From Lachnospiraceae bacterium (lineage in GTDB: Bacteria; Bacillota; Clostridia; Lachnospirales; Lachnospiraceae), in contig JAAUZI010000049.1 of assembly GCA_014804645.1 (NCBI GenBank), positions 1,680 to 65,679 on the forward strand: a stretch of 64,000 bases of DNA. Reading direction: 5' to 3'. Positions within the stretch are counted from its first letter, which is position 1, and the number at the start of each line of letters is the position of its first letter. Both the position numbers and the translations under genes were made by a program. Positions 21,577 through 32,477 of this stretch are shown here, piece by piece. The notes below the pieces were generated by a model. It had not been told where the DNA came from and searched no databases. It saw nothing but the letters and a program-made list of their open reading frames with translations.

Positions 21577-21894
21577 ATGTCAATGATGAAGATTAAAAAA
21601 GGCGATACGGTCAAGGTGATCGCCGGTAACAGAAAGATTAAGAATAAAGAGGGCAAGGTAATCTCCGTGGATCCCAAGAACGGCACAGTTCTGGTAGAGG
21701 GTCTTAACATGGTGACCAAACACTCCAAGCCCAGTCAGGCCAACCCCAACGGCGGCATTATCCAGAAGGAAGCTCCCATGGATATTTCCAACGTGATGCT
21801 GGTTCACAAGGGACAGGCAACAAGAGTCGGTTTCAAGATGGATGGGGATAAGAAGGTCCGTTTTGCCAAGAAGACCGGCGAAGTGATCGACTAA
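21577..21894 (+). CDS. rplX: 50S ribosomal protein L24
   Basis: [22 protein letters not shown]. Confidence 0.97.
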   Translation: MSMMKIKKGDTVKVIAGNRKIKNKEGKVISVDPKNGTVLVEGLNMVTKHSKPSQANPNGGIIQKEAPMDISNVMLVHKGQATRVGFKMDGDKKVRFAKKTGEVID

Positions 21895-21918
21895 TTCGAG
21901 GGAAGGAGGAAAATAGAC

Positions 21919-22461
21919 GTGAGTAGATATAAAGATTTATATAATAACGAGATCGTCGCCGCTATGACGAAGAAGTTCGGATATAAAAACGTGATGGAAG
22001 TTCCCAAGCTGAACAAGATCGTTATCAACATGGGCGTAGGCGAAGCCAAGGACAATGCCAAAGTGCTTGAGAACGCTGTTCATGATATGGAGATTATCAC
22101 CGGCCAGAAAGCGGTTCTGACCAAGGCGAAGAATTCCGTCGCCAACTTTAAGATTCGTGAGGGTATGAACATCGGATGTAAGACCACTCTGCGGGGCGAA
22201 AAGATGTATGAGTTCCTGGATCGTCTGGTGAACCTGGCTCTTCCCCGTGTGCGTGACTTCAGAGGCGTGAATCCTAACGCATTTGACGGCAGAGGCAACT
22301 ACGCTCTGGGCATCAAGGAGCAGATTATCTTCCCTGAGATCGAGTATGACAAGATCGACAAGACCAGAGGTATGGATATTATTTTTGTGACAACTGCCAA
22401 GACAGACGAAGAGGCGCGTGAGTTACTGACACTGTTCAATATGCCCTTCGCCAAATCATAA
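21919..22461 (+). CDS. rplE: 50S ribosomal protein L5 (GTG start)
   Basis: [16 protein letters not shown]. Confidence 0.98.
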   Translation: MSRYKDLYNNEIVAAMTKKFGYKNVMEVPKLNKIVINMGVGEAKDNAKVLENAVHDMEIITGQKAVLTKAKNSVANFKIREGMNIGCKTTLRGEKMYEFLDRLVNLALPRVRDFRGVNPNAFDGRGNYALGIKEQIIFPEIEYDKIDKTRGMDIIFVTTAKTDEEARELLTLFNMPFAKS

Positions 22462-22475
22462 GGAGGTAAATTCGC

Positions 22476-22661
22476 ATGGCAAAGACATCTATGAAGATCA
22501 AACAGCAGCGCAAGCCTAAGTTTTCCACCCAGGCTTATACCCGTTGCAAGATTTGTGGCCGTCCACATTCGGTTCTGAAAAAATACGGAATTTGCAGAGT
22601 TTGCTTCCGTGAGTTAGCATACAAGGGTCAGATCCCCGGCGTTAAGAAAGCAAGTTGGTAG
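22476..22661 (+). CDS. rpsN: 30S ribosomal protein S14, zinc-binding type Z
   Basis: 61 aa, CKICGR...CRVCFR. Confidence 0.97.
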   Translation: MAKTSMKIKQQRKPKFSTQAYTRCKICGRPHSVLKKYGICRVCFRELAYKGQIPGVKKASW

Positions 22662-22676
22662 GGAGGAGGAAAAATC

Positions 22677-23078
22677 ATGGCAATGAGCGATCCTATTGCA
22701 GATATGCTTACAAGAATCCGTAATGCAAATACTGCAAAACACGATACAGTTGATGTTCCTGCTTCTAAGATGAAGTTGGCAATCGCCGACATCCTTTTAG
22801 AGGAGGGCTATATTAAAAAGTATGATATCATTGAAGACGGTAATTTCAAGACTATCCACATCTCCTTAAAGTACGGTGCGGATAAGAATGAAAAGATCAT
22901 CTCCGGTATCAAGAGAATCTCCAAGCCGGGTCTGCGCGTGTATGCCGGCAAGGACGAGCTGCCCAAGGTGCTCGGCGGACTTGGTATTGCAATCATTTCC
23001 ACCAACCAGGGCGTCATAACCGACAAGAAGGCAAGAGAGCTGCAGGTAGGCGGCGAAGTTCTTGCATTTGTTTGGTAA
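22677..23078 (+). CDS. rpsH: 30S ribosomal protein S8
   Basis: [20 protein letters not shown]. Confidence 0.98.
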   Translation: MAMSDPIADMLTRIRNANTAKHDTVDVPASKMKLAIADILLEEGYIKKYDIIEDGNFKTIHISLKYGADKNEKIISGIKRISKPGLRVYAGKDELPKVLGGLGIAIISTNQGVITDKKARELQVGGEVLAFVW

Positions 23079-23080
23079 TC

Positions 23081-23169
23081 GACAAAACAAGATTTTCTAA
23101 GGCGTCAAAGAACGCCGCCTAAGAAAATCTAAGTTTGTCCTGAAGAATGTCTCTGTGAGCCATTCTTCA
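23081..23169 (+). ncRNA. Structured intergenic RNA motif, copy 2 (rpsH-rplF)
   Basis: AGATTTTCT-A-AGGCGTC-AAAGAAC-GCCGCCT-A-AGAAAATCT-AA-GTTTGTC then TGAAGAATG/CATTCTTCA. Confidence 0.7.
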
Positions 23170-23224
23170 AGTAAGGTAGAGCTATATAGTGAGTTATATA
23201 GAATATAAATTAGGAGGTACGGGC

Positions 23225-23767
23225 ATGTCACGTATAGGAAGAATGCCAATCGCAGTTCCCGCAGGTGTCACTGTGGATATTGCAGAAAATAATAAAGTGA
23301 CTGTAAAAGGTCCTAAGGGTACTCTGGAGAGAGTGTTACCCACAGAGATGGAAATTAAGCTGGAGGGCGCCGAGGTGGTTGTCAGCAGGCCTAATGATCT
23401 GAAGAAGATGAAATCCCTTCACGGTCTGACCAGAACTCTGATCAACAACATGGTTGTCGGCGTTACGCAGGGCTACGAGAAGAAACTGGAAGTTAACGGC
23501 GTAGGTTACAGAGCAGCCAAGGCCGGCAAGAAACTGACCCTGTCTCTGGGTTATTCTCATCCGGTGGAGATGGAGGACCCTGAAGGTATCGAGACTGTCG
23601 TAGAGGGACAGAATGTTATTATTGTTAAGGGTATTGACAAAGAGAAAGTTGGCCAATTCGCAGCTGAAATCAGAGACAAGAGAAGACCTGAGCCTTACAA
23701 GGGCAAGGGCATCAAGTATGCTGATGAGACAATCAGACGTAAAGTTGGTAAGACCGGTAAGAAATAA
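23225..23767 (+). CDS. rplF: 50S ribosomal protein L6
   Basis: MSRIG start after GGAGG; PEPYKGKGI. Confidence 0.98.
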   Translation: MSRIGRMPIAVPAGVTVDIAENNKVTVKGPKGTLERVLPTEMEIKLEGAEVVVSRPNDLKKMKSLHGLTRTLINNMVVGVTQGYEKKLEVNGVGYRAAKAGKKLTLSLGYSHPVEMEDPEGIETVVEGQNVIIVKGIDKEKVGQFAAEIRDKRRPEPYKGKGIKYADETIRRKVGKTGKK

Positions 23768-23781
23768 CAGATAAGGAGAGT

Positions 23782-24156
23782 ATGAAAATGGTTAGTAAGG
23801 AATCCAGACAGGAAGTTCGTGTTAAAAAGCACATGAGAATACGCAACCGTTTCAGCGGCACCGCTGAGAGACCTCGTCTTGCGGTATTCAGAAGCAATAA
23901 TCATATGTATGCTCAAATTATCGACGATACTGTTGGTAACACATTGGTATCTGCATCCACTCTTGAGAAAGCAGTTAAGGCAGAGCTGGAGAAAACCAAT
24001 AACGTTGATGCAGCAGCATACTTGGGAACAGTCATTGCCAAGAGGGCAATCGAAAAAGGTATCACAAAAGTTGTTTTTGACAGAGGCGGCTTTATATACC
24101 AGGGCAAGATCGCAGCATTAGCTGACGCAGCCAGAGAAGCTGGCTTGGAATTCTAG
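23782..24156 (+). CDS. rplR: 50S ribosomal protein L18
   Basis: [17 protein letters not shown]; start 23782 or 23788. Confidence 0.97.
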   Translation: MKMVSKESRQEVRVKKHMRIRNRFSGTAERPRLAVFRSNNHMYAQIIDDTVGNTLVSASTLEKAVKAELEKTNNVDAAAYLGTVIAKRAIEKGITKVVFDRGGFIYQGKIAALADAAREAGLEF

Positions 24157-24173
24157 GAAAGGAAGGAAATATC

Positions 24174-24683
24174 ATGAAACAGACAATCATAGATGCAAGC
24201 CAGTTAGAGTTGAATGATAAAGTTGTCGTAATCAAGCGTGTTGCCAAGACTGTAAAGGGCGGCCGTAACATGCGTTTCACCGCGCTGGTGGTAGTGGGTG
24301 ACGGCAATGGTCATGTGGGCGCAGGACTGGGCAAGGCTGTAGAAATTCCCGAAGCAATCCGCAAGGGCAAGGAAGACGCTATGAAACACCTTGTGACCAT
24401 CGCTTTGGACGAGAACAATTCCATTACGCATGATTTCATCGGAAAGTACGGTTCTTCCAATGTACTGCTGAAGAGGGCGCCTGAAGGTACCGGTATCATC
24501 GCCGGTGGTCCCGCCCGTATTGTTTGCGAGCTGGCAGGCATCAAGAACATCCGTACCAAGTCCCTGGGATCTAACAACAAGCAGAACGTGGTTCTGGCGA
24601 CCATCGGTGGCCTGAGCCAGCTGAAGTCCCCCGAGGAGGTTGCGAGAAATCGCGGCAAGTCCGTGGACGAGATTTTTGCTTAG
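24174..24683 (+). CDS. rpsE: 30S ribosomal protein S5
   Basis: [15 protein letters not shown]. Confidence 0.98.
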   Translation: MKQTIIDASQLELNDKVVVIKRVAKTVKGGRNMRFTALVVVGDGNGHVGAGLGKAVEIPEAIRKGKEDAMKHLVTIALDENNSITHDFIGKYGSSNVLLKRAPEGTGIIAGGPARIVCELAGIKNIRTKSLGSNNKQNVVLATIGGLSQLKSPEEVARNRGKSVDEIFA

Positions 24684-24728
24684 GTGTGAGGAGATCAGGA
24701 TTTCTCAGACAGAGAAAGGAGAATAATC

Positions 24729-24920
24729 ATGGCAGATAAGATGTTAAAGGTGACTCTGGTTAAGTCTACCATCGGTGCTGTGCCGAAGAATAGAAAAACA
24801 GTTGAGTCCATGGGACTCAGAAAGCTGAACCATTCTATTATCCTTCCTGATAATGCGGCCACCAGAGGCCAGATTCGTCAGGTTGGACATTTGTTAAAAG
24901 TTGAAGAAGTGGAAGCATAG
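24729..24920 (+). CDS. rpmD: 50S ribosomal protein L30
   Basis: LKVTLVKSTIG; position between rpsE and rplO. Confidence 0.96.
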   Translation: MADKMLKVTLVKSTIGAVPKNRKTVESMGLRKLNHSIILPDNAATRGQIRQVGHLLKVEEVEA

Positions 24921-24938
24921 AGAGAAGGAGGTGTCAAC

Positions 24939-25379
24939 ATGGAATTATCCAATTTAAGACCTGCGGAAGGCTCAAAAAAGAGCGATAATTTTAGAAGAGG
25001 TCGTGGACACGGTTCAGGTAATGGTAAGACGGCCGGTAAGGGACATAAAGGTCAGAAGGCCCGTTCCGGAGCACCCAGAATCGGTTTTGAAGGCGGCCAG
25101 ATGCCTTTGTACAGACGTATCCCCAAGAGAGGTTTCAAGAACAGAAACACTAAGGAGATCGTGGCAATTAATGTCAGCGCGTTAGAGCGTTTTGAGGATG
25201 GTGCCACCGTGGATGTTCAGGCATTGATGGAAGCCGGAGTAATCAAGAATCCCAGAGACGGAGTGAAGATACTCGGAAACGGAGAACTTACCAAGAAACT
25301 CAACGTGAAGGTAGATGCATACAGCGCATCCGCAAAGGAGAAGATTGAGGCACTTGGTGGAACTGCTGAGGTGATGTAA
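24939..25379 (+). CDS. rplO: 50S ribosomal protein L15
   Basis: [23 protein letters not shown]. Confidence 0.98.
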   Translation: MELSNLRPAEGSKKSDNFRRGRGHGSGNGKTAGKGHKGQKARSGAPRIGFEGGQMPLYRRIPKRGFKNRNTKEIVAINVSALERFEDGATVDVQALMEAGVIKNPRDGVKILGNGELTKKLNVKVDAYSASAKEKIEALGGTAEVM

Positions 25380-26692
25380 TGCTTACAACCTTAAAGAATG
25401 CATTCAAAATCAAGGAGATAAGAACAAAGATACTTTTTACGCTGGCAATGCTGGTTGTGATCCGTCTGGGATCACAGCTGCCTGTGCCGGGCGTGAACAG
25501 AACTTATTTCGCGGAATGGTTTGCCCAGCAGGGCGGCGATGCATTTAGTTTCTTTGATGCGATAACGGGCGGCTCTTTTGTGAATATGTCCATCCTGGCA
25601 TTGAACATTAACCCCTATATTACTTCCTCCATTATCATGCAGCTGCTGACCATCGCAATTCCTAAGCTGGAGGAGATGCAGCGGGACGGTGAGGATGGAA
25701 GAAAGAAAATTGCCTCCATCACCAGGTATGTGACGGTAGTGCTGGCTGTGGTGCAGGCTGCCGCAATGTCCATTGGATTTGGCAGACAGGGACTGCTGGT
25801 GACTTACAATGCAGTCAATGTAATTACCTGTATTGCCGCCCTTACCGCCGGCAGCGCCTTTATGATGTGGGTTGGTGAGAGAATCACGGAAAAAGGTATC
25901 GGCAACGGTATTTCTATTGTACTGGTTATCAATATCGTATCCCGGCTGCCTCAGGATCTTGCCAGTCTGTTTGAACAGTTTGTTATCGGCAAAGCGCCGG
26001 CTACGGCTGTTCTGGCCGCATGTGTCATTATCGGCATCATCGTGCTGATGGTAGTGCTGGTTATCATATTGAATGCGGGAGTGCGTAAGATTCCTGTCCA
26101 GTATGCCAAGAAGGTGCAGGGCAGAAAGATGGTTGGGGGTCAGACCTCCAATATTCCGCTGAAGGTCAATACCTCCGGCGTAATCCCTGTGATTTTTGCC
26201 TCCTCCATTATGCAGACGCCGATTATTATCTGCAACTTTGCGGGTTATCAGGGAACCGGTTTCTGGGGAGAGGTACTCAAGTATTTGAATCAGAATTATT
26301 GGTGCAACAAGAGCCAGCCGATTTATACGATCGGTATGCTGGTGTATATTCTGTTGGTGATCTTCTTCGCCTATTTCTATACTTCCATCACATTCAACCC
26401 GTTGATGGTGGCAGACAATATGAAGAGACAGGGCGGATTCATCCCGGGTATCAGACCCGGTAAACCCACCAGCGACTATCTGACCAGAGTGCTGAACTAT
26501 TTGATCTTTGTGGGCGCCGTGGGATTGGTAGTTATCGCCATACTGCCGTATGTTTTCAGCGGTCTTTTCGGTGCGCACATTTCCTTTGGCGGGACCAGCC
26601 TGATTATTATTGTCAGTGTAATTTTGGAGACCATGAAGCAGGTGGAATCTCAGATGCTGGTTCGCAACTACAAGGGATTTTTGAATGATTGA
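25379..26692 (+). CDS. secY: Preprotein translocase SecY
   Basis: PYITSSII, GIGNGIS, IPGIRPG, GGTSLII. Confidence 0.98.
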   Translation: MLTTLKNAFKIKEIRTKILFTLAMLVVIRLGSQLPVPGVNRTYFAEWFAQQGGDAFSFFDAITGGSFVNMSILALNINPYITSSIIMQLLTIAIPKLEEMQRDGEDGRKKIASITRYVTVVLAVVQAAAMSIGFGRQGLLVTYNAVNVITCIAALTAGSAFMMWVGERITEKGIGNGISIVLVINIVSRLPQDLASLFEQFVIGKAPATAVLAACVIIGIIVLMVVLVIILNAGVRKIPVQYAKKVQGRKMVGGQTSNIPLKVNTSGVIPVIFASSIMQTPIIICNFAGYQGTGFWGEVLKYLNQNYWCNKSQPIYTIGMLVYILLVIFFAYFYTSITFNPLMVADNMKRQGGFIPGIRPGKPTSDYLTRVLNYLIFVGAVGLVVIAILPYVFSGLFGAHISFGGTSLIIIVSVILETMKQVESQMLVRNYKGFLND

Positions 26693-26698
26693 TTAATG

Positions 26699-26744
26699 AA
26701 AAAGGCGCTTGCGTGTGATATTTGTCACAGAGAGCGTCTTTTTT
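26699..26744 (+). terminator. Terminator after secY
   Basis: AAAAAGGCGCT...AGCGTCTTTTTT hairpin with inner TGTGATA/TGTCACA stem. Confidence 0.7.
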
Positions 26745-26765
26745 GCGCAAAAACATAAAATTGTA

Positions 26766-26794
26766 TTGCAAACAGCGGGTGAAATAGGTAGAAT
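26766..26794 (+). promoter_or_regulatory. Sigma-A promoter of adk
   Basis: TTGCAA-N17-TAGAAT. Confidence 0.7.
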
Positions 26795-26879
26795 AGAAAT
26801 GATTTGATTAATTTTTTAAGGACACATTATATTTTAGTATCTGTCTGTGCCGGAACGGCATGGGCATAAGGAGGAGAAT

Positions 26880-27521
26880 ATGAAGATTATTATGTTGGGC
26901 GCTCCCGGTGCGGGCAAGGGTACACAGGCCAAGATGATTGCTGAGAAGTATCAGATCCCCCACGTGTCTACAGGAGATATTTTCAGGGCCAATATCAAGA
27001 ACGGCACGGAGCTGGGCATGGAGGCAAAAAAATATATGGACCAGGGACTGCTGGTGCCGGATGAGCTGACGGTGAAGATTCTGTTAGACCGGGTGGCTCA
27101 GGAAGACTGCAAAAACGGCTATGTGCTGGACGGCTTTCCTCGCACCATACCCCAGGCAGAAGTACTGGATAAAGCGCTGGCAGAGCTGGGCGAGGAGATC
27201 GACTATGCAATCAATGTTGATGTGCCGGATGAGAATATCGTAAAGAGAATGTCCGGGCGGAGAGCATGTCTGTCCTGCGGCGCAACCTATCATATCGAGC
27301 ATATTCCTCCCAAGCAGGAGGGAATCTGTGATAACTGCGGCCAGTCTCTGGTGCTGCGTGATGACGACAAGCCTGAGACAGTGCAGAACCGTCTGAAGGT
27401 ATACCACGACCAGACCCAGCCTCTGATCGATTTCTACACCGCCAAGGGTGTGCTCAGAACCGTGGACGGCACTGTGGACATGAAGGATGTGTTCGAGGCA
27501 ATTGTGGGAATATTGCAATAG
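26880..27521 (+). CDS. adk: Adenylate kinase (Zn-lid type)
   Basis: GAPGAGKGT, LDGFPRT, CxxC...CxxC lid; ATG 26880 after AGGAGG. Confidence 0.97.
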   Translation: MKIIMLGAPGAGKGTQAKMIAEKYQIPHVSTGDIFRANIKNGTELGMEAKKYMDQGLLVPDELTVKILLDRVAQEDCKNGYVLDGFPRTIPQAEVLDKALAELGEEIDYAINVDVPDENIVKRMSGRRACLSCGATYHIEHIPPKQEGICDNCGQSLVLRDDDKPETVQNRLKVYHDQTQPLIDFYTAKGVLRTVDGTVDMKDVFEAIVGILQ

Positions 27522-27540
27522 CGGAAAGAGGTTGTTTGGT

Positions 27541-28293
27541 ATGGCAGTGACGATTAAGTCAGAGAGAGAAATTGAATTGATGCGGGAGTCCTGCAGACTT
27601 CTAGCCATAGTACACAAGGAGATGGAGGAGGCGATACGGCCCGGTATGTCCACCAAGGATATCGACGTTCTGGGGGACACCCTCATTCGCAAGATGGGCT
27701 GCATCCCCAACTTTAAGAATTACCACAGATATCCGGCATCTATCTGCGTGTCGGTCAATGACGAGGTGGTACACGGAATTCCCAGCAAGCACCGCATTTT
27801 GCAGGAGGGTGATATCGTCAGTCTGGATGCGGGCCTGATATACAAGGGGTATCACTCTGATGCCGCCCGGACTCATGCGGTGGGAGAGATCAGCCCCCAG
27901 GCGCAGCAGCTGATAGATGTGACCAGACAGTGCTTTTTTGAAGGAATAAAGATGGCGAAAGCGGGAAATTATCTATTTGATATTTCCAATGCCATCGACG
28001 CCCATGCCACATCCTATGGTTACGGTATAGTGAGGGACCTGGTGGGGCACGGCATTGGAACGGCTCTGCACGAGGATCCGCAGATTCCAAACTTTGCACA
28101 GAAACGCAGAGGGATCAAGCTCCGGGCGGGTATGACCCTTGCCATTGAGCCAATGATTAATATGGGAGCCGCAGATGTGGTGTGGCTGGATGACGACTGG
28201 ACGGTGGTGACGGAGGACGGTTCCCTGTCGGCCCACTATGAGAACACGATTCTGATCACGGACGGAGAGCCGGAGATACTGACATTATATTGA
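27541..28293 (+). CDS. map: Methionine aminopeptidase type I
   Basis: VNDEVVHGIP, GHGIG..LHEDP, AHYENT. Confidence 0.97.
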   Translation: MAVTIKSEREIELMRESCRLLAIVHKEMEEAIRPGMSTKDIDVLGDTLIRKMGCIPNFKNYHRYPASICVSVNDEVVHGIPSKHRILQEGDIVSLDAGLIYKGYHSDAARTHAVGEISPQAQQLIDVTRQCFFEGIKMAKAGNYLFDISNAIDAHATSYGYGIVRDLVGHGIGTALHEDPQIPNFAQKRRGIKLRAGMTLAIEPMINMGAADVVWLDDDWTVVTEDGSLSAHYENTILITDGEPEILTLY

Positions 28294-28340
28294 GAGGCGG
28301 CCCAGCGGTTTGGACGCGGCCCATGTGAAGAGAGGTAGGT

Positions 28341-28607
28341 ATGACAGGATATTTTGCAACGGCTAAAGCGGGTCATGACACAGGCAGCCTGTATGTCATT
28401 GTGAGGGAGGAAGGCGCGTATGTCTATCTCAGCGACGGACGGCTGCGCAGCGTGGAGCATCCCAAAAAGAAGAGCCGCAGACATATCCAGATTATCGGGA
28501 AAACCGTGGAACAGGATATCTTAAGTCGCCTGCTGAACGAGGAAAAAGTATTTGACCACGAGATCAAATATGCCATAAAACAGTATTTGGCGGAGAAAAA
28601 GTTATAA
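28341..28607 (+). CDS. KOW-domain (L14e-like) RNA-binding protein
   Basis: AKAGHD, DGRLR....PKKK motif; usual map-infA position in Clostridia. Confidence 0.85.
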   Translation: MTGYFATAKAGHDTGSLYVIVREEGAYVYLSDGRLRSVEHPKKKSRRHIQIIGKTVEQDILSRLLNEEKVFDHEIKYAIKQYLAEKKL

Positions 28608-28706
28608 ACAGCATCTACCTGGACGGCTAAAGCGGCCAGACATTTATCACCAGGCCGTGCGCTGGTAGGGCGGATGCGGAACTCAATTAGTGAAGGGAGA
28701 GCGTAT

Positions 28707-28925
28707 ATGTCGAAGAGTGATGTAATTGAAATCGAAGGTACTGTAGTAGAGAAACTGCCCAATACCATGTTTCAGGTTGAGCTGGAAAACGGACATCGGG
28801 TGTTGGCGCATATCAGCGGGAAGCTGCGTCAGAACTTTATCCGCATTTTGCCTGGCGACAGAGTAACCCTAGAGCTGTCACCCTATGATTTGTCCAAGGG
28901 ACGTATCATCTGGAGAGATAAGTAG
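28707..28925 (+). CDS. infA: Translation initiation factor IF-1
   Basis: [27 protein letters not shown]. Confidence 0.97.
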   Translation: MSKSDVIEIEGTVVEKLPNTMFQVELENGHRVLAHISGKLRQNFIRILPGDRVTLELSPYDLSKGRIIWRDK

Positions 28926-28976
28926 TCGAAGGGCGTTAAAAACAGGAAAAAAGATGAATTTTACATGAAAAAGTAC

Positions 28977-29005
28977 TTGCATTACCAATGTTTGCATGCT
29001 ATAAT
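28977..29005 (+). promoter_or_regulatory. Sigma-A promoter of rpmJ/alpha operon
   Basis: TTGCAT-N17-TATAAT with extended -10 TG. Confidence 0.8.
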
Positions 29006-29038
29006 GTAAAACGGTCTTTTTTGAAAGGAGGGTTTAAC

Positions 29039-29152
29039 GTGAAGGTTAGATCATCAGTAAAACCGATTTGCGAAAAATGCAAAATCATCAAGAGAAAAGG
29101 ACGCATCAGAGTTATTTGTGAGAATCCGAAACACAAGCAGAGACAGGGATAA
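29039..29152 (+). CDS. rpmJ: 50S ribosomal protein L36 (not in ORF track; GTG start)
   Basis: Translates [37 protein letters not shown]; RBS AAGGAGG. Confidence 0.97.
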   Translation: MKVRSSVKPICEKCKIIKRKGRIRVICENPKHKQRQG

Positions 29153-29291
29153 TCACCGCTTGATCACAGTTTTTTGATCGAGTATGTGAGTTCTTGTCCA
29201 GTTATTATGTGCGGCTGAACCAGCCTGTTTTGAGATGGGCTGATTATCATAGAACTGGGGTAGAGCTTACGGAGATTACTTCTTGATTACT

Positions 29292-29379
29292 GGACGAAGG
29301 AGTTTTTGTAAGATTGTAAAGAACACAATCTAACAAAAACTAGCCTTGTCCCAAAGAATTCGCCCAAGGCGAATTCTTT
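29292..29379 (+). ncRNA. Structured intergenic RNA motif, copy 3 (rpmJ-rpsM)
   Basis: AGTTTTTGT-A-AGATTGT-AAAGAAC-ACAATCT-A-ACAAAAACT-AG-CCTTGTCC then AAAGAATTCGCC/GGCGAATTCTTT. Confidence 0.7.
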
Positions 29380-29574
29380 ACAGACTGTAGCGAGGGCTAT
29401 ATTAGGTTTGCGGCAGACTAGGGGACAGAGCGTTCGGGAAGATCGGATTTGTAACAGAAGGCGTCCGGTTGGGTGAAAGCCCCAATCAATTAGTAACAGG
29501 CGTACAAAAACAGACCAACTACAGTACGCAGCGTTCATAATTATGAAAACGCAAAGAAAATGGAGGAAACGTAA

Positions 29575-29946
29575 ATGGCTCGTATCGCAGGTGTTGACTT
29601 ACCTAGAGAAAAACGAATCGAAATCGGTTTGACTTACATCTATGGCATTGGCAGAGTAAGCTCAAACAAAATCTTGGCCGAGGCAGGGGTGAATCCTGAC
29701 ACTCGTGTGAGAGACGTAACTGACGAAGAAGTGAAGAAGATCAGTGAGGCAATCGAGAAGATGGGCATTATGGTTGAGGGTGACCTCCGCAGAGAGACAG
29801 CCCTGAATATCAAGAGATTGCAGGAGATCGGCTGCTATCGCGGTATCCGTCATCGTAAGGGTCTGCCCGTTCGCGGTCAGAATACCAAGAACAATGCCAG
29901 AACACGCAAGGGTCCCAAGCGCACCGTTGCAAACAAGAAAAAGTAA
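29575..29946 (+). CDS. rpsM: 30S ribosomal protein S13
   Basis: MARIAGV, GLPVRGQ.TK.NARTRKG. Confidence 0.98.
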   Translation: MARIAGVDLPREKRIEIGLTYIYGIGRVSSNKILAEAGVNPDTRVRDVTDEEVKKISEAIEKMGIMVEGDLRRETALNIKRLQEIGCYRGIRHRKGLPVRGQNTKNNARTRKGPKRTVANKKK

Positions 29947-29993
29947 TTTGGTTTCATAGGACAATGATTATTAGGAAAGTAGGTTAGTTTAAA

Positions 29994-30386
29994 ATGGCAA
30001 AAGTTGCAAAAAAAGTAACAAAAAAACGTGTCAAGAAAAACGTTGAACGCGGACAGGCACATATTCAGTCTTCTTTTAACAATACGATTGTTACGCTGAC
30101 TGACGCTGAGGGCAACGCTCTGAGCTGGGCAAGTGCTGGTGGTCTTGGTTTTAGAGGTTCAAGGAAATCTACTCCGTATGCCGCGCAGATGGCGGCAGAG
30201 ACAGCCACAAAGGCTGCTTTGGTACATGGGCTCAAGACCGTAGACGTGTTTGTAAAGGGTCCCGGTTCGGGACGTGAGGCTGCTATCAGAGCATTGTCTG
30301 CATGCGGCCTGGAGGTGACAAGTATCCGTGACGTAACTCCGGTTCCTCACAACGGATGCCGTCCTCCTAAGAGGCGTAGAGTCTAG
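29994..30386 (+). CDS. rpsK: 30S ribosomal protein S11
   Basis: [19 protein letters not shown]. Confidence 0.98.
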   Translation: MAKVAKKVTKKRVKKNVERGQAHIQSSFNNTIVTLTDAEGNALSWASAGGLGFRGSRKSTPYAAQMAAETATKAALVHGLKTVDVFVKGPGSGREAAIRALSACGLEVTSIRDVTPVPHNGCRPPKRRRV

Positions 30387-30471
30387 TAGAAAGAGAACAT
30401 CTAAGGCTGCAAAACACGCAGCCTAAGATATTCTATACTTTCTACGAAAGAATTTGCCTTGCAAATTCTTT
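30386..30471 (+). ncRNA. Structured intergenic RNA motif, copy 4 (rpsK-rpsD)
   Basis: AGAACATCT-A-AGGCTGC-AAAACAC-GCAGCCT-A-AGATATTCT-ATA-CTTTCTAC then AAAGAATTTGC/GCAAATTCTTT. Confidence 0.7.
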
Positions 30472-30574
30472 AAGGTTTACGGCCTAATGGCTGTAAAAGA
30501 GAACAAATGTTGGAAGAAGGTACTGCGCGAAATGTGCGGTATTGTAAACATCTAATTAAAGGAGAAAAACAAAA

Positions 30575-31168
30575 ATGGCAGTTAATCGTGTACCTGTATT
30601 AAAGAGATGCAGAGCGTTGGGCCTGGAGCCTTCCTATCTGGGCTATGACAAGAAATCCAACAGAACAAATGCCAGAGCTGGCAAGAAGGTAAGTGAGTAC
30701 GGCCTGCAGCTGCGTGAGAAGCAGAAGGCTAAGTTCATTTATGGTGTGTTGGAGAAACCTTTCCACAACTACTATGTGAAGGCCGACAGAATGAAGGGCA
30801 TGACCGGTGAGAATCTGATGGTTATGCTGGAGAGCAGACTGGACAATGTGGTGTTCAGAATGGGCTTTGCCAGAACCAGAAGAGAGGCGCGTCAGGTTGT
30901 GGGCCACAAGCATGTAACAGTCAACGGCAAGGTGGTAAATATTCCTTCCTATCTGATCAAGGCCGGTGACGTGATCGAGATCAAGGAGAGTGCAAGATCC
31001 TTACAGAGATACAAGGACATCGTGGAGGTTACCGGCGGCAGGCTGGTGCCCGAGTGGATGGATGTGGACATTGAGGCCCTGAAGGGAACCATCAAGAATC
31101 TTCCTACCAGAGAGATGATCGATGTACCTGTAGACGAGATGTTGATTGTCGAGTTATATTCCAAATAA
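30575..31168 (+). CDS. rpsD: 30S ribosomal protein S4
   Basis: [23 protein letters not shown]. Confidence 0.98.
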   Translation: MAVNRVPVLKRCRALGLEPSYLGYDKKSNRTNARAGKKVSEYGLQLREKQKAKFIYGVLEKPFHNYYVKADRMKGMTGENLMVMLESRLDNVVFRMGFARTRREARQVVGHKHVTVNGKVVNIPSYLIKAGDVIEIKESARSLQRYKDIVEVTGGRLVPEWMDVDIEALKGTIKNLPTREMIDVPVDEMLIVELYSK

Positions 31169-31206
31169 TTGAGGCGACAAGAATCCGTAAAAGGAGGGTA
31201 TTTGCA

Positions 31207-32163
31207 GTGTTTGATTTTGAAAGACCGAATATTGAGGTTGTTGAGATTTCTGAAGACAAGAAATACGGTAAATTCGTAGTTGAACCTCTGGAAAGAGGCT
31301 ATGGCATTACACTTGGTAACTCTCTGAGAAGAATCATGCTTTCCTCTCTGCCCGGCGCAGCAGTGAGCCAGGTAAAGATCGAGGGCGTATTGCATGAGTT
31401 CAGCTCCATCCCCGGTGTAAAAGAGGATGTGACGGAAATCATTATGAATATCAAGAGTCTGGCGATTAAGAACAACAGCGAGACCAATGAGGTGAAGACC
31501 GCCTATATCGAGTTCGAGGGTGAGGGTGTGGTGAAAGCCTCCGATATTCAGGTGGATCAGGATATTGAGATTCTCAATCCGGATCTGGTGATTGCTACGC
31601 TGAGCGGCAAGAATACCAAGCTGTATATGGAGCTGACCATTACCAGGGGCAGAGGCTATGTGAGTTCCGATAAGAACAAACGCGAGGATTTACCCATCGG
31701 TGTAATTGCGATAGATTCTATCTATACTCCCGTAGAGCGGGTGAATGTGACAGTGCAGAATACCCGTGTGGGACAGATTACAGACTTTGACAAGCTGACA
31801 CTGGACGTCCACACCAACGGCACGTTGGTTCCGGACGAGGCAGTCAGCCTGGCCGCAAAGGTACTCAGCGAGCATTTGAGTCTCTTCATCAACCTGTCCG
31901 AGAATGCCAAGAATGCTGAGGTTATGGTTGAGAAGGAAGACAATGAAAAGGAAAAAGTGCTTGAGATGAGCATTGATGAACTGGAGCTTTCCGTTCGTTC
32001 CTACAATTGTCTGAAGAGAGCCGGTATCAACACGGTGGAGGAGCTGACCAACAAGACTTCCGAGGATATGATGAAGGTTCGGAATCTGGGCCGCAAGTCT
32101 CTGGAGGAAGTGCTGGCAAAGCTGAAAGAATTGGGGCTGCAGTTGAATCCCAGTGAAGATTAG
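31207..32163 (+). CDS. rpoA: RNA polymerase alpha subunit (GTG start)
   Basis: [30 protein letters not shown]. Confidence 0.98.
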   Translation: MFDFERPNIEVVEISEDKKYGKFVVEPLERGYGITLGNSLRRIMLSSLPGAAVSQVKIEGVLHEFSSIPGVKEDVTEIIMNIKSLAIKNNSETNEVKTAYIEFEGEGVVKASDIQVDQDIEILNPDLVIATLSGKNTKLYMELTITRGRGYVSSDKNKREDLPIGVIAIDSIYTPVERVNVTVQNTRVGQITDFDKLTLDVHTNGTLVPDEAVSLAAKVLSEHLSLFINLSENAKNAEVMVEKEDNEKEKVLEMSIDELELSVRSYNCLKRAGINTVEELTNKTSEDMMKVRNLGRKSLEEVLAKLKELGLQLNPSED

Positions 32164-32308
32164 AGACAGGAGAATTTCTAACATGATAAAGGACATCATG
32201 TAAGAAATTCTAACCTACTTAGAGACAGAAGAAAATCTAACATGATAAAATACATCATGTAAGATTTTCTAATCTGCTCTATAAAGAATCGCCGGAGGCG
32301 ATTCTTTA
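32161..32308 (+). ncRNA. Structured intergenic RNA motif, tandem copies 5a/5b (rpoA-rplQ)
   Basis: Two 59-nt-spaced units TAGAGACAG...TCT-A-ACATGAT-AAARNAC-ATCATGT-A-AGA...CT-AA, then TAAAGAATCGCC/GGCGATTCTTTA. Confidence 0.7.
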
Positions 32309-32477
32309 CGGTCTAAAGCTGTTATAGGATTTTAGCTTGTATAATTAAATGTGTTCCCGCAGTAAGTCCATGGGGCGTGGGGGAACTGTAACTTCGAGTG
32401 GAAATTGTATTGCGTCCGGTATGTAAGTCCGAAGAGCGTGGCCGGATGTACCATGAATGGAGAAAGGAAATTGTATT

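Noticed and set aside
23081-23139. Motif as an S8-binding 16S helix-21 mimic
   Set aside because: The bulge and flanking pair identities do not match the S8 core, and copies occur outside the spc operon.
28359-28636. 13-mer ACGGCTAAAGCGG in the KOW gene and again in its 3' spacer
   Set aside because: A single short match with no supporting structure; plausibly chance.
32161-32281. 59-nt tandem units as a CRISPR array
   Set aside because: Only two units, no unique spacers and no cas genes; they are copies of the dispersed hairpin motif.
32351-32460. Hammerhead or pistol ribozyme upstream of rplQ
   Set aside because: No CUGANGA core and no pistol pseudoknot could be built.
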